Positions 1 to 13,017 of a stretch of DNA of 64,000 nt are shown piece by piece. Position 1 is the stretch's first letter; each line of letters starts with the position of its first letter. Location of the stretch: assembly GCA_964016885.1 (NCBI GenBank), contig OZ024760.1:21824001-21888000 (forward strand), given 5' to 3'. The translations under genes were made by a program, and so were the position numbers. Source of the DNA: Eledone cirrhosa. Lineage: Eukaryota. The notes beneath the pieces are model-generated. The model did no database searches, was not told the DNA's origin, and saw nothing but the letters and a program-made list of their open reading frames with translations.

Positions 1-540
1 ACACTACTACCACCAGCACAGCACTACTACAACACTACCCCCACAACACCACCACACTACCATCACAACACCACCACACTACTACCACCAGCACAGCACT
101 ACTACAACACTACCCCCACAACACCACCACACCACCATCACAACACCACCACACTACTACCACCAGCACAGCACTACTACAACACTACCCCCACAACACC
201 ACCACACCACCATCACAACACCACCACACTACTACCACCAGCACAGCACTACTACAACACTACCCCCACAACACCACCACACTACCATCACAACACCACC
301 ACACTACTACCACCAGCACAGCACTACTACAACACTACCCCCACAACACCACCACACTACCATCACAACACCACCACACTACTACCACCAGCACAGCACT
401 ACTACAACACTACCCCCACAACACCACCACACTACCATCACAACACCACCACACTACTACCACCAGCACAGCACTACTACAACACTACCCCCACAACACC
501 ACCACACTACCATCACAACACCACCACAATACTACCACCT
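1..540. repeat. 75-bp tandem minisatellite (~7 copies, CAC/CTA-rich)
   Basis: acactactaccaccagcacagc recurs at 1, 76, 151, 226, 301, 376, 451. Confidence 0.95.
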
Positions 541-869
541 CTACACTACAACCCTACAGCACCACCACAACAACACCACCACAACACTCCCACCAAAACA
601 CAATCTCTTACTTCCTCTCTCTCTTTACCTCTCTATTTTCCCCTTCCCTTCTCTCTCTCTCTCTCTTTCTCTCCCTCGTTCACTATCACACTATCTGCAT
701 CTCTCTCTCTCTCCCACTACTCCTCCCTCTCCCCTCTCTACTATCACACTATACCCCCTCTCCCCACTACCACCCTATCTCCCCCCCCCCCTCCTCTGCT
801 ATATAGCCAAGTCGTGTTTGCACAGCTCAGTGGAGTGGATCCAATATCAAATCAATAATGGACATTGCC

Positions 870-2857
870 ACTGGTGGTGGTGGTGGTGGTGGGGTGAGTC
901 TGGGTTGGTAGTGGTGATGGTGGTGGTGGTGTTGGTAGTAGTGGTGGTGGTAGTGGTGTTGGTAGTGGTGGTGGTGACATTGGTAGTGGTAGTGGTGGTG
1001 GTGGTGGTGGTGGTATTGGTGGTGGTGTTGGTGGTGGTGTTAGTAGTGGTGGTGATGTTGGTGGTGGTGGTGGTATTGGTAGTGGTGGTGGTGTTGGTGT
1101 TGGTAGTGGTGGTGGTGGTGTTGGTAGTGGTGGTGGTATTGGTGGTGGTGGTATTGGTGGTGGTGATGGTGATGGTGGTGGTGGTATTGGTAGTGGTGGT
1201 GGTGGTGGTGGTGGGGTGAGTCTGGGTTGGTAGTGGTGATGGTGGTGGTGGTGGTGTTGGTAGTAGTGGTGGTGGTGGTAGTGGTGTTTGTAGTGGTGGT
1301 GGTGACATTGGTAGTGGTAGTGGTGGTGGTGGTGGTGGTGGTATTGGTGGTGGTGTTGGTAGTGGTGGTTTTGGTGGTGGTAGTGGTGGTGGTGTTAGTA
1401 GTGGTGGTGATGTTGGTGGTGGTGGTGGTATTGGTAGTGGTGGTGGTGTTGGTAGTGGTGGTGGTGGTGGTGGTGGTGGTGTTGGTAGTGGTGGTGGTAT
1501 TGGTTGGTGGTGGTGGTATTGGTGGTGGTGATGGTGGTGGTGGTGTTGGTAGTGGTGGTGGTGGTAGTGGTGTTGGTAGTGGTGGTGGTGACATTGGTAG
1601 TGGTAGTGGTGGTGGTGGTGGTGGTGGTAGTAGGGTGGTGGTGTTGGTAGTGGTGGTTTTGGTGGTGGTAGTGGTGGTGGTGTTAGTAGTGGTGGTGATG
1701 TTGGTGGTGGTGGTGGTATTGGTAGTGGTGGTGGTGTTGGTGTTGGTAGTGGTGGTGGTATTGGTTGGTATTGGTGGTGGTGGTGGTGGTGTTGGTAGTG
1801 GTGGTGGGGGTGTTGTTGGTGGTGGTGGTGGGGTGGTGTGGGTGTGGTGTGGGTGGTGGGGGCGTGTGGTGGCGGTGGTGGTGGTGGTGGTGTTGGTGGT
1901 GGTGGTGGTATTGGTAGTGGTGGTGGTGTTGGTGTTGGTAGTGGTGGTGGTGGTGGTGGTAGTGGTGGTGGTATTGGTTGGTGGTGGTGGTATTGGTGGT
2001 GGTGATGGTGGTGGTGGTGTTGGTAGTGGTGGTGGTGGTGGTGGTGGTGATGTTGGTGGTGGTGGTGGTGGGGGTGTTGTTGGTGGTGGTGGTGGGGATG
2101 TTATTGTTTAGTGTGTGTGGTGTGTGTGTGTGGTGGGGTGGTGTGGGTGTGGTGTGGGTGGTGGGGGCATGTGGTGGCGGTGGTGTGTGCGTGGTGGGGG
2201 GTGTTGTTGTTTAGTGGGGGAGGGGAGTGTCTGGTAGGGGTGTTTGGAATGTCATATTTCTGTAGTGAGTAAGTGTGAATCGGTGCTGTGTTGGAACAAT
2301 GATAACAACAACAACAACATGATATAAGGGAAACAACAACAACAACAGATGATATAATGATATCAACAACAACAACAACAGCAGATGATATAACAACAAC
2401 AACAACAACGATATAAGGGAACCAACAACAACAACAACAACAGCAATTATAACTCCTACATTAAAAGCAGGACTAAATACAACTACTACTAAAACTACCA
2501 CCACAACTACTACTACTACTACTACTACTACAACAACTAACTACTAAAACTACCACCACAACTACTACTACTACTACTACTAACTACTAAAACTACCACC
2601 ACAACTACTACTACTACTACTACTACTACAACAACTACTAAAACTATCCCCTTAACTAGTACTACTACAACGACTATACAAAAACTACCACCACAACTAC
2701 TACTACAACAACGACTAAAACTACCACCACAACAACTACTAAAACTACCACTACAACTACTAAAACTACCACCACAACTACTACTACTACAACTACTAAA
2801 ACTACCACCACAACAACTACTAAAACTACTACTACAACTACTAAAACTACCACCACA

Positions 2858-2889
<32 letters not shown>

Positions 2890-3000
2890 GACTACTAAAA
2901 CTACCACCACAACAACTACTACTACTACAACAACAACAACTAAAACTACTACCATAACAACAACTACAGCAACAACAACTACAACAGTTGACAACAATAA
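870..3000. repeat. Compound low-complexity tract: (GGT)n then (CAA/CTA)n
   Basis: Trinucleotide runs with internal block duplications (ggggtgagtctgggttggtag at ~891 and ~1213). Confidence 0.95.
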
Positions 3001-3096
3001 TACTTAATATTACAGCCATAATTTACTCACAGAGAATATAGTTGGTGTATATAAATAGATATTCATCTTGGTAAAATACACACACACACATTATAT

Positions 3097-3434
3097 ATCA
3101 TCATCATTTCATTTTACGTCCGCTTTTTCCCTGCTTGCAAGGGTGGGACGGGAACTGATGCTGGCTTGATTTCTACAGCTGGATGCCCTTCCTAACACCA
3201 ACCTCATTTACAGTGAGTGCTGGGTGCTTTTTTTTCCGTGGCACCTCCACGACCACTTTACAGTGGAATGATAGGGACCCCAGTCCCTATCATCTCATTT
3301 CTACAGCTGAGTAAACTGGAGCAATGTGAAATAAAGTGTCTTGCTCAAGGAAACAACACATCACCCGGTCTGAGAATTGAACTCACAACCTTTCGATTGC
3401 AAGGCCAATGCTCTAACCACTAAGCCATGTGCCT
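3097..3434 (-). mobile_element. tRNA-derived SINE family A (tRNA head, Meta-like core, RTE-derived tail ending in (GAT)n)
   Basis: Minus strand reads A-box TGGCTTAGTGG, B-box-like GAGTTCAATTC, core ccttgagcaagacacttt, tail cccttgcaagcagggaaaaagcggacgtaaaatg; more than 10 near-identical copies in window. Confidence 0.9.
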
Positions 3435-3564
3435 GTAAATGTTAATGGGTTAAAACTTGAACTGTTGCATCCAGTTTTAACAGTTAACTGTGTGGTTCAC
3501 TGACAGCATTTAGTGGCACAAAATATCCACAACAGATTTAATGATGTAGTGCAGTTAGTTCTTG

Positions 3565-3762
3565 AAACATTTTACATTCTGCAGCAACAACCTGGTGCAG
3601 TCTGCGACTAATCCAGGCTCTGCTGCACTTTGTGCTGAGGAGAGTAAACTCTCCAAGTACCAGTCGCTCTCTGACAGGTTTGTGGAGACTTCTAGTGTCC
3701 TTGACCCTAGGACCACTTCTCTACTCACCACCATCGACACAGAGTTGGCTACCTGCAGATGT
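3565..3762 (+). mobile_element. Decayed CRE-clade non-LTR retrotransposon, C-terminal restriction-like endonuclease fragment
   Basis: TFCSNNLVQSATNPGSAALCAEESKLSKYQSLSDRFVETSSVL resembles the CRE pattern DT.A.S....S....G.AA..AE..K..KY..L....F....VET.G recalled from the family. Confidence 0.6.
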
Positions 3763-3764
3763 GA

Positions 3765-4005
3765 ACCTCAAGAATTGGAATGTCATGGGTTCGATTCCTG
3801 GGCTGTGTTGCATGTTATGTTCTTGAGCAAAACTCTTCATTTCACATTGCTCCAGTATACTCAGCTGAAAATTAGTACCAGCAATAGCTAGAGGCTTAAC
3901 TCTGTGATGGACTGGCGTCCTGTCCAGGGGAAGTCTTGTACTCTCAGTCGCTTCATGCCATTAAACTGGGATAAGCACCGGCGTATGAGCTTAAGACAGA
4001 CTTCA
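3765..4005 (+). mobile_element. SINE family C (tRNA B-box, Meta-like core)
   Basis: ggttcgattcc B-box, ttcttgagcaaaact core, gatggactggcgtcctgtccagggg; homologous to 7495-8195 and 59545-59780. Confidence 0.8.
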
Positions 4006-4974
4006 GATAGTATCAGCAATAGAAAGATCAATGGAAATATTGTTTCCTTGGTCTGAGTTTATAAGTTCCTTGGTAAAAAAAAATCACGTTTTGGATCTTG
4101 TCAATCGATTCTATGAATCAAATCAATCCATCTGATATATTACCTTTGTCTTCATTAGTCAGAGTTACTCAATACCTGAGACTACAAACATTATAGTAAA
4201 CTAGCAGAAGAACCACCTCCTGGCAAGTTTTCTGCTAGCATATGTAGTGTGCATATTGATATTATATGCAAATATATATGCATGTAGATATGATACATAA
4301 ATTGAAAAGTAAATTGACAATATACACATAAATTGAACAAAGACTGTTACACTTTCTTCTGAAATCAGTAAAGTAATCCATGACACATTTAATGTTATGA
4401 TATGAACACTAATGGAAGTTGACATTTGAAAGTTTTAACAGAAGTGGATCTTGAAATAAGCAATATATTATGTATAAGAATATTTATGTTTAATCAAGAG
4501 CTAAGAAATTTAGTAGATAAATTACATAGTATTCATTCAGGATTTATTCAAAGTAATCCATTTTATTTTAATAATGTGATGTAAATAATAAACTGGACAG
4601 AGTGCCACAGTTCTCCAATCATTATATATGAGAAAACTGTCTAATGTGACAGTAGCCATTCCTGTGATTCATACTTCCTCCACAATCCATTTCCATCTAT
4701 TAAAGGAAATAAACTTTGTTTAGGAAGACAACACTATGGTAAAGGACGTGTGTCTACATGTGAGAACACAGATACCTAAATATGGAATGTTACGCGATGG
4801 GGCCCTCCCACAACCCTGGCAGACAGGATGGAGAAGGCATTCCACTGGAGGACGGCAAGGGAGATTTTCCAATGTTTTGATTTTTGTAAAGTCCATGTAG
4901 CCCTCGTGCTTTTCAGTGTGGTGTGCACACCCTGTCTGTTGCCTTCCTGCCAGCAAAGCCCTGGAGATTTTGAA

Positions 4975-5085
4975 ATAATTGTTTCTACTTTAGGCACAAG
5001 GCCAGCAATTACCCAGTGCGTTACTGGTACTTTATTTCATCGACCCCGTAAGGATGAAAGGCAAAGTCAACCTCGGCGGGATTAA
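4975..5085 (-). mobile_element. SINE family B 3' fragment
   Basis: Matches ccgccgaggttgactttgcctttcatccttacggggtcga...gctggccttgtgcc seen in many copies. Confidence 0.85.
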
Positions 5086-5169
5086 ATAATGTTGGCCCTC
5101 TAACCTTAACCCTAACTCCATCCCTGTCCCTTGTTGAACGATATTGAAAAATACCTGCAGGTTGAACCA

Positions 5170-5445
5170 CTATTACATAACTACCACAACCAAAAGCACT
5201 ACAATATCACAACAACACCACAACCACTACTACAGCACCACCACTAAAACACCACCACCACCACAATACCACCACGATCACCACCACCACCACCACCACT
5301 AGAATACCACTACTACAACACCACCACCAAAACAACAACACCACCACTACAATACACCACCACCAACACTACCACCACCACTACTACTACACCAATGCAA
5401 CAATGCTACCACCACAACACCACCACTACAATGCCACCACCAACA

Positions 5446-5488
<43 letters not shown>

Positions 5489-6030
5489 ACCATAACAAAG
5501 ATTTAATCAGATTATTTCTCAAATCAAAATAGTTTTAAATTTCCAAACTCTAAAATTCTTAATCCCATTCTCTTCCTCTTTCTACTTTCACCATTGTTGT
5601 TGTTACTGTTGTTGTTGTTGTTGTTGTTACTGTTGTTGTTGTTACTGTTGTCGTTGTTACTGTTGTTGTTGTTACTGTTGTTGTTACTGTTGTCGTTGTT
5701 ACTGTTGTTGTTACTGTTGTTACTGTTGTTGTTACTGTTGTTGTTACTGTTGTTACTGTTGTTGTTACTGTTGTTGTTGTTACTGTTGTTACTGTTGCTG
5801 TTGTTGCTGTTGCTGTTGGTGTTGCTGTTGTTACTGTTGTTATTGTTACACTTGCTGTTGTTACAATTGTTACAATTGTTGTTACAATTGCTATTGTTGT
5901 TACAATTATTATTGTTGTTGTTACAATTGTTATTGTTGCTGTTACAATTGTTGTTGTTTCAATTGTTGTTGTTACAATTGTTATTGTTGTTGTTGCAATT
6001 TTTGTTGTTGTTGTTGTTGTTGTTGTAAAA
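5170..6030. repeat. (CAC/CTA)n and (GTT/ACT)n low-complexity tracts
   Basis: Direct reading. Confidence 0.9.
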
Positions 6031-6377
6031 CAAACAAAAAGAAAAAAGAAACTTTTTTTCCTGTCTCCTAATTTTTAAATTCTTAATGTGAACAATATGG
6101 AGTGTATGTGTTAGCTTGTGTGTGTGTGTATGTGTGTGTGTATGTATGTATGTATGTATGCGTGTGTGTCTGGGTATGTATGTATATATATGAGTAAATT
6201 CTATGGTGTGTGTATATATGAGTGTGAATTTTATGTGTATGTATATACATGTGTGTAAGTATGTGTCTGGGTATAGTAAGTATATATGTAGATTCTTAAT
6301 GTGAAAACTGTGGGGTGTATATGTTGGCTTGTATGCGTATGTATATATGTATGTGTATGCGTGTGTATGTATGTATA

Positions 6378-6711
6378 TCATCATCATCATCATTTTACGT
6401 CCGCTTTTCCCTGCTTGCAAGGGTGGGACGGGAACTGATTCTGGCTTGATTTCTACAGCTGGATGCTCTTCCTAACACCAACCTCATTTACAGTGAGTGC
6501 TGGGTGCTTTTTGCCGTGGCACCTACACGTCCACTTTGTAGTGGAATGATAGGGACCCCAGTCCCTATCATCTTATTTCTACAGCGGAGTAAACTGGAGC
6601 AATGTGAAATAAAGTGTCTTGCTCAAGGACACAACACATCACCCGGTCTGAGAATTGAACTCCCAACCTTTCGATTGCAAGCCCAATGCTCTAATCACTA
6701 AGCCATGTGCC
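6378..6711 (-). mobile_element. SINE family A, full length
   Basis: Near-identical to 3097-3434. Confidence 0.9.
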
Positions 6712-6939
6712 TTTATTATATATATGTGTAAATTCTATGATGTGTATACATGTGTGTAACTAAGTATGTGTGTCTGGTTATATTTGCACCAAGCTTACTT
6801 TGATATATAAAATTGGAGGGTTTGCTGTGTATTCTAATTTTTGTGTATGAGGGGTACCCCCAAACCTGAAGTACCTCAGAGCCCTCAAGGTCTAAATCCA
6901 ATCCTGGTTGTATTTGTTTTGCATATTCCTCAATGCTTC

Positions 6940-8615
6940 AAACAAACTACAACAGGATAAATGTTAATAAAGAAGCAGCAACTGAAACCTCGTTTGTGGG
7001 GAAACTTGTTAACGATGAAAGGAAAGCGATTTACTGATGGTGAGTTAATTAAATCTTGTATTATAATAACAACAACAATCAAAGAAATATGTTCAGAAGA
7101 AGGAAAAAAAATAAAGATTTATTTGGCAAAGCCATTAATTGGCAGAGTCAAAGACATAGGGGGCAACATCTTGTGTCAATTAAATCATAAAATACAAGAC
7201 ATCCAGTGGTTTTTCTCTAGGTTTTGATGAATCAACAGGTGTGTCTGACAATTCCTAGCTGCTATTATTCATTCAGTAGGGTCCAGTGTGTGTGTGTGAG
7301 AAGGATCCATGGGGTGGAGGTGATTAATGTTAACCTCTGTAGTGACAGAAGAACTAATTTTATTGAACAGCATGAATGGCAGTGAGAAATATGAAGAGAA
7401 GAAAGAACTGCTTACTGGTGGTGACATTTTTAAAGGGCTAAAGAAAATGCTGACTAAATACAATCTGATTTAGTGGCATCTACAATGTACTAGGTGGTGG
7501 TGCATGGCTTAGTGGTAAATGTGTCAGACTTATGACCATAATGTTGTGGGTTCGATTCCTGGACTGGATTGCGTGTTGTGTTCTTGAGCAAAATACTTCA
7601 TTTTACGTTGCTCCAGTATATTCAGCTGAAAATGAGTACCAGCAATAGCTGGGGGTTTAACCCTGCAATGGACTGGTGTCCTGTCCAGAGGGAAGTCTTG
7701 TATTCTCAGTCATTTAATGCCACGAAACCACTAGGACAAGTACCAGCAATAACTGGGGGTTTAACCCTGCAATGGACTAGTGTCCTGTTCAAGAGGAAGT
7801 CTTGTATTCTCAGTCATTTAATGCCACAAAACCACTAGGACAAGTACCAGCAATAGCTGGGGGTTTAACCCTGCAATGGACTGGTGTCCTGTCCAGAGGG
7901 AAGTCTTGTATTCCCAGTCATTTAATGCCACAAAACCACTAGGACAAGTACCAGCAATAACTGGGGGTTTAACCCTGCAATGGACTAGTGTCCTGTTCAA
8001 GAGGAAGTCTTGTATTCTCAGTCATTTAATGCCACGAAACCACTAGGACAAGTACCAGCAATAACTGGGGGTTTAACCCTGCAATGGACTAGTGTCCTGT
8101 TCAAGAGGAAGTCTTGTATTCTCAGTCATTTAATGCCACAGCAACTGGGATAAGCATCAGTCTGGTGAGTCTCCAGGTTTGAGACAGGCTTTAGATAACA
8201 TACTACAACTGATGGTAGCAAATGTAGTCTAGCAAATGTTTCATTGGACAAATTCACAAAGCTTGTGACTACAGTGTGTCAAGGTAAAAGGCCACTAGAA
8301 CAATAGAACAAAGGGATGGCAATGGTCATCTAAAAAACATAGCATAATGAGGCTGTTTGCTTGCAAATGAATCAAATATTATAATTATTCGATATAAAAC
8401 TCACAAATGAATTTATGTATCCACTATGTTAAAGTGAACTAAAGAATATAACAATTTCCCATGCCACATTGCTGTTAGATGGTTGAGTAGCAGTAAAGTT
8501 ATTTAAAAAAATTTTTTGAGCTTCAAATAAAGTTTGATATTTTGAATGAGAAAAAAAAAAATCCTGTTTAGCTGCTTTTGGCAAATGGTGAATGGTTGTG
8601 GAAATTAATGTTTCT
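6940..8615 (+). pseudogene. Fossil hAT transposase of GTF2IRD2/EPM2AIP1 (Charlie/SPIN-like) type, interrupted by a SINE
   Basis: Collinear motifs with stops and frameshifts: KRFTDGELIKSC, FDEST, VTEELILLNSMNG, TGGDIFKGL, then after the SINE TTTDG, H..VRWLS..KV, FFEL, EWLWKL. Confidence 0.8.
7495..8195 (+). mobile_element. SINE family C with internal 104-bp unit repeated 5 times
   Basis: A-box tggcttagtgg at ~7506, B-box ggttcgattcc; gtaccagcaat recurs at 7636, 7740, 7844, 7948, 8052. Confidence 0.9.
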
Positions 8616-8992
8616 TAACTCTTTCATTACCATATTTATTTCAAAGTAGATTGTATTGGAATTAATTAATGAAAAAATTAGAAGGATTTACTAATTGTTT
8701 TTTTGTTTTTTTTTTCAAATTTACTCCCAAGGCACAGCAATGAAGCCACTAAAATGCAAAGGATTAGCAAGAGGGTAAAAAGACAAGACATACAAGAGAG
8801 CGTAATTCAAGGAGAGAAAAGATGTTGATTTCAATATTAAGATGATATTCACAATATAATTTAACAAAAGGTTCTTATGTAAAATTATGTTGAATGATTT
8901 TAATTTAAATAGCAGCTCTTTAGATTTGAGGGAGAGTTTGTTTCATAGAACCAGAAGTGGTTCTGAAATAGGTTGGTATTAAAAGAGCTAAT
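8615..8992. mobile_element. Probable TTAA-flanked (piggyBac-type) MITE, degenerate
   Basis: ttaactctttc...gttggtattaaaagagctaa ends; related end gttggtatcaaaagggttaa at ~27489-27508. Confidence 0.45.
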
Positions 8993-9001
8993 AAATTCAA
9001 T

Positions 9002-9210
9002 TTAATACTTTCACATTTAAACCAGTATCCGGACAAAATTCTGACACCTCTTTCTGTTCAAACCGGCCATAATTGGTCACTCATACTGATGCTAAGGTAT
9101 TGTTCTCAAAATAAAATCACAATCTCATAGATTCAATATTAAGTAAGATAAAGCCTTTACCAAGAAAATACAATAGTATATATAGTGTAATGTAAATGGT
9201 AAAGGGTGAA
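9002..9210 (-). mobile_element. piggyBac-type MITE, unexpanded relative of 54143-55576
   Basis: Shares cactcatactgatgctaaggtattgttctcaaaat and one copy of the 72-bp unit in reverse orientation; decayed CCCTTT termini. Confidence 0.75.
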
Positions 9211-9437
9211 GGTTCAAGTTGGTTGTGAACTTTTATGCAGTATATATTCATTCTAAGACTGAGAATTAGCAGAGTTATTAGAATGTCAGACAGAATGCTT
9301 TGTGGTATCTATTTTTGCTCTTTGAGTTCAAATCCCGCTAGGGTCAACTTTGCCGTCCATCCATTCGAGGTCAATAAAAAAAGTACCAGTCAAGGACTGG
9401 GGTCGGTTCCTCCTCTATATCTCTTTCTCACTTCCAT

Positions 9438-9473
<36 letters not shown>

Positions 9474-9477
9474 ACAA

Positions 9478-9817
9478 TCATCATCATCATCATCATTTTT
9501 ACGTCCACTTTTCCCTGCTTGCAAGGGTGGGACGGGAACTGATTCTGGCTTCATTTCTACAGCTGGATGCCCTTCCTAACACCAACCTCATTTACAGTGA
9601 GTGCTGGGTGCTTTTTTTGCCGTGGCACCTCCACGACCACTTTGCAGTGGAATGATAGGGACCCCAGTTCCTATCATCTCATTTCTACAGCTGAGTGAAC
9701 TGGAACAATGTGAAATAAAGTGTCTTGCTCAAGGAAACAACACATCACCCGGTCTGAGAATTGAACTCACAACCTTTCGATTGCAAGGCCAGTGCTCTAA
9801 CCACTAAGCCATGTGCC
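9478..9817 (-). mobile_element. SINE family A, full length
   Basis: Near-identical to 3097-3434. Confidence 0.9.
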
Positions 9818-9821
9818 CCTC

Positions 9822-9854
<33 letters not shown>

Positions 9855-10424
9855 TCCTTCTCTGGAAGAAATCTACTATACTCAGATCAGGACAAGGATG
9901 GACTCTGCCAGGTTTATAAATGCTCTAGAATCATCATATATCATTACAGCACACCTACGCCACTCTCAGAATTTACAGGTCCATGCAGGCATGCATTCTA
10001 CAATGAAAGCTTGGCTGGATAAATTAACTATTTTTTTTTATTTATAACTCCCAGCAGTTTCTATGCTGTTAAAATACAAAACCTAGAGGCAAAATCTCCA
10101 TTTCGTCTCAAATTAACTCAAGGTATTCTTTTTTCTCGGAAGCTAAAATCTCCAGTGTTTTCCAGATTTCAATAAAAATTCAAAATTCAAAAGCTTTAAA
10201 AAATCTCCTGCATTATCGAGGCACTTCTGTAAGATCTTTAACTGTAGAAGTTATTGATCTGTTGTTAAGTGACATGTTAAAAGATACACACACAAAAAAA
10301 AAGATTGTAAAACTGATTTATTTTTACACATTTCTTTAAACCCCTTTCTCTGGAAAGTGTTTTTCAGTATATATAACACGATATTAATGTAGGAACCGAA
10401 GGTCACACCCACCGCAAAAAATAA

Positions 10425-11880
10425 TAATAATTGTTTCTACTTTAGGCACAAGGCCAGCAATTACCCAGTACATTACTGGTACTTTATTTTATCGACCCCG
10501 TAAGGATGAAAGGCAAAGTAAACCTCGGCGGGATTTGAACTCAGACGTAACTATGCTGGAAAGTATGGCATCCGACTCTCTACCGATACTGCCAAAATAA
10601 TAATAATGTTTCTGATTTAGGGACAAGGCCAGCAATTTTGAAAGGAGAAGGGAAAAGTCGATTGAATAGCCCCCAGAGCATTACTGGTACATTATTTTAT
10701 CGACCCCGTGAGGATGAAAGGCAAAGTTAACCTCGGCGGGATTTGAACTCAGACCATAAAGGGCCGTAACTCTTTGCTCTGATTTAGGGACAATGCCAGC
10801 AATTATGAAAGGAGAGGGGAAAAGTCGATTGAATAGACCCCAGAGCATTACTGGTACTTTATTTTATTGACTCCATAAGGATGAAAGGGAAAGCTAACCC
10901 CAACGGTAAAGGGCCGAAACTCTATGCTGCAAACTATTGCGTCCAACCCTCTACTGATACTGCCAATCCAGCTCTCCATTATTACTATCTATCTATCTAG
11001 GGTGGGTAAAATTTCCCCGAGATCCATGGACGAGTTCTCTCCAGCGGTCTCTGTCCCTCATTATCGCTGCCATGCCCTGCTAATGATAATTGCTTCTACT
11101 TTTGGCACAATGGCCAGCAATTACCCCCAGTGTATTACTGGTACTTTATTTTATCGACCCCCGTAAGGATGAAAGTCAAAGTTAACCTCGACGGGATTTG
11201 AACTCAAACCGTAAAGGGACGTAACTCTATGCTGCAAAGCATGGCATCTGACTGTCTGCCAATCCACGCATAATAATAATAATAATACTAATACTGATAA
11301 TAATAATTTTTGATTTAGGCACAAGGCCAACAGTTTTAGAGAAAGGAAAAGTCGATTATATCAACCCCAGTGCATTACTGGTGCTTCTTTTTCTTTTTCT
11401 TCTTCTTCTCTGTTAAAGGATGGTGGTAGAGCGACCTCCCTGTTGGACAGTAATAACTGTTTCTACTTTTTGGCACAAGGCCAGTAAATATCTCAGTGTA
11501 TTACTGGTACTTTATTTTTATCGACCCCGTAAGGATGAAAGGCAAAGATAACCTCAGCCGGATTTGAAATGAGAACATAAAGGGCCATAACTCTCTGCCA
11601 TGAAGCAGGGTGTCCGATACTCTGCCAATACTGCCAATCCATCACCCAATAATAATAATTGTTTCTACTTTTGACACAAGGCCAGCAATTACCCCAGTAC
11701 ATTACTGGTACTTTATTTTATCGACCCCATAAGGATGAAAGGCAAAGTTAACCTCGGCGGGATTTGCACTCAGATCGTAAAGGGACGTAACTCTGAGTTC
11801 AAATCCCGCCGAGGTTAACTTTGCCTTTCATCCTTACGGGGTCGATAAAATACAGTACCAGTAATGTACTCACCCAATAA
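10425..11880 (-). mobile_element. Cluster of ~8 SINE family B copies and fragments
   Basis: Repeated gcacaaggccagcaatt...tcgaccccgtaaggatgaaaggcaaag blocks separated by (TAA)n; last copy inverted. Confidence 0.9.
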
Positions 11881-12129
11881 TAATAATACTAATAATTTCC
11901 AAGATGGCGTATGTTAAATCCATTTGTATGTCACTGTTAACTGATTATCACTTGAGGTCAGTGAACCATAAAATTTGACAATATTTTCCAACAAAAATAT
12001 AGAAATAAAAATGTATTCCTCACAGTGATGTATGACTGAACATCACCAAATTCTGATGGACGTGTCATTATCCTTGCTTTTACATGTTTTCCCATGCTTA
12101 TATATATATATAACCAAATATATATATAT

Positions 12130-12298
12130 ATAGGAAAATGTTCAAAACCCCTATTTCCAAAATAGCCGTCGAAACGGCTTGAGCTCTGCCGTCAGGGTCT
12201 TGAACATTTTACTATTACCCACTCTACTACCCTAAGTATTGAGTATACTGGTGCGTTGTGGTTCACCTGGTTCCTTACCTTACCACTCTTCCTTCATT
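12130..12298 (+). mobile_element. Short Penelope-like/retrozyme remnant (family P1) with 3' half of a hammerhead
   Basis: GAAACGGC..GCCGTC then tail attacccactctactaccctaagtattgagt; (TA)n flanks; related copies at 19846, 40225, 40862, 57236. Confidence 0.6.
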
Positions 12299-12311
12299 AT
12301 ATATATATATA

Positions 12312-12495
12312 GGGTGGTGGATTGGCAGTATCAGTAGAGAGTCGGACGCCATGCTTTCCAGCATAGTTACGTCCCTTTACGGTCTGTGTTCAAATCCCGC
12401 CGAGGTTAACTTTGCCTTTCATCCTTACGGGGTCGATAAAATAAAGTACCAGTAATGTACTGGGTAATTGCTGGCCTTGTGCCAAAAGTAGAAAC

Positions 12496-12500
<5 letters not shown>
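12312..12500 (+). mobile_element. SINE family B
   Basis: tggcagtatc head, gttcaaatccc B-box, family tail. Confidence 0.85.
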
Positions 12501-12533
<33 letters not shown>

Positions 12534-12572
12534 TTTATAAACAACAATCAAAGTGTGTTTAGAACATTTAAT

Positions 12573-12619
12573 CACTTACGATCGTTTCATCCTCGCACAA
12601 GGCTGGGATCATCAGAGTA
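12573..12619 (-). ncRNA. Minimal type I hammerhead ribozyme
   Basis: Minus strand: tact-CTGATGA-tcc..(17 nt)..ggat-GAAAC-gatc-GTA-agtg; stem I tact/agtg, palindromic stem III ACGATCGT, GUA site. Confidence 0.8.
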
Positions 12620-12744
12620 TATAATAAAGGTTGAAACACAAATATAATAGAAGTTTCTCACAAGAACATTATGAGGATACATTTTACATTGAGCTATTCT
12701 CATACTTGTAACTGAATAATATTTAATATTACCCACATTATAGA

Positions 12745-12783
<39 letters not shown>

Positions 12784-12821
12784 ATATATTGATACAATTA
12801 TATATATACACATACATATAA

Positions 12822-12985
12822 TCATCATCATTTTACGCCCATTTTTCCAACCTGGCATGGGTTAGATGAGTTGTTCTGTTGTGGGCAATGTTAGATCAAA
12901 TGACCATGTCTTGCTCATACAGAACTGATATTGGTTTGGTTTCCACAGCTGGATGCCCTTCCTAGTGCCAACCTCATTTACATTG

Positions 12986-13017
<32 letters not shown>

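Noticed and set aside
818-3019. Poly-Val/Thr/Gly ORFs resembling mucin or glycine-rich proteins
   Set aside because: Trinucleotide repeats open on both strands; no splice or domain context
3217-3423. Recurrent small ORF ending ..QCEIKCLAQG..QCSNH
   Set aside because: Antisense reading of SINE A
9855-10015. Possible exon or CR1/Jockey fragment (IYYTQIRTRMDS)
   Set aside because: Too short and degenerate to assign; no convincing splice sites
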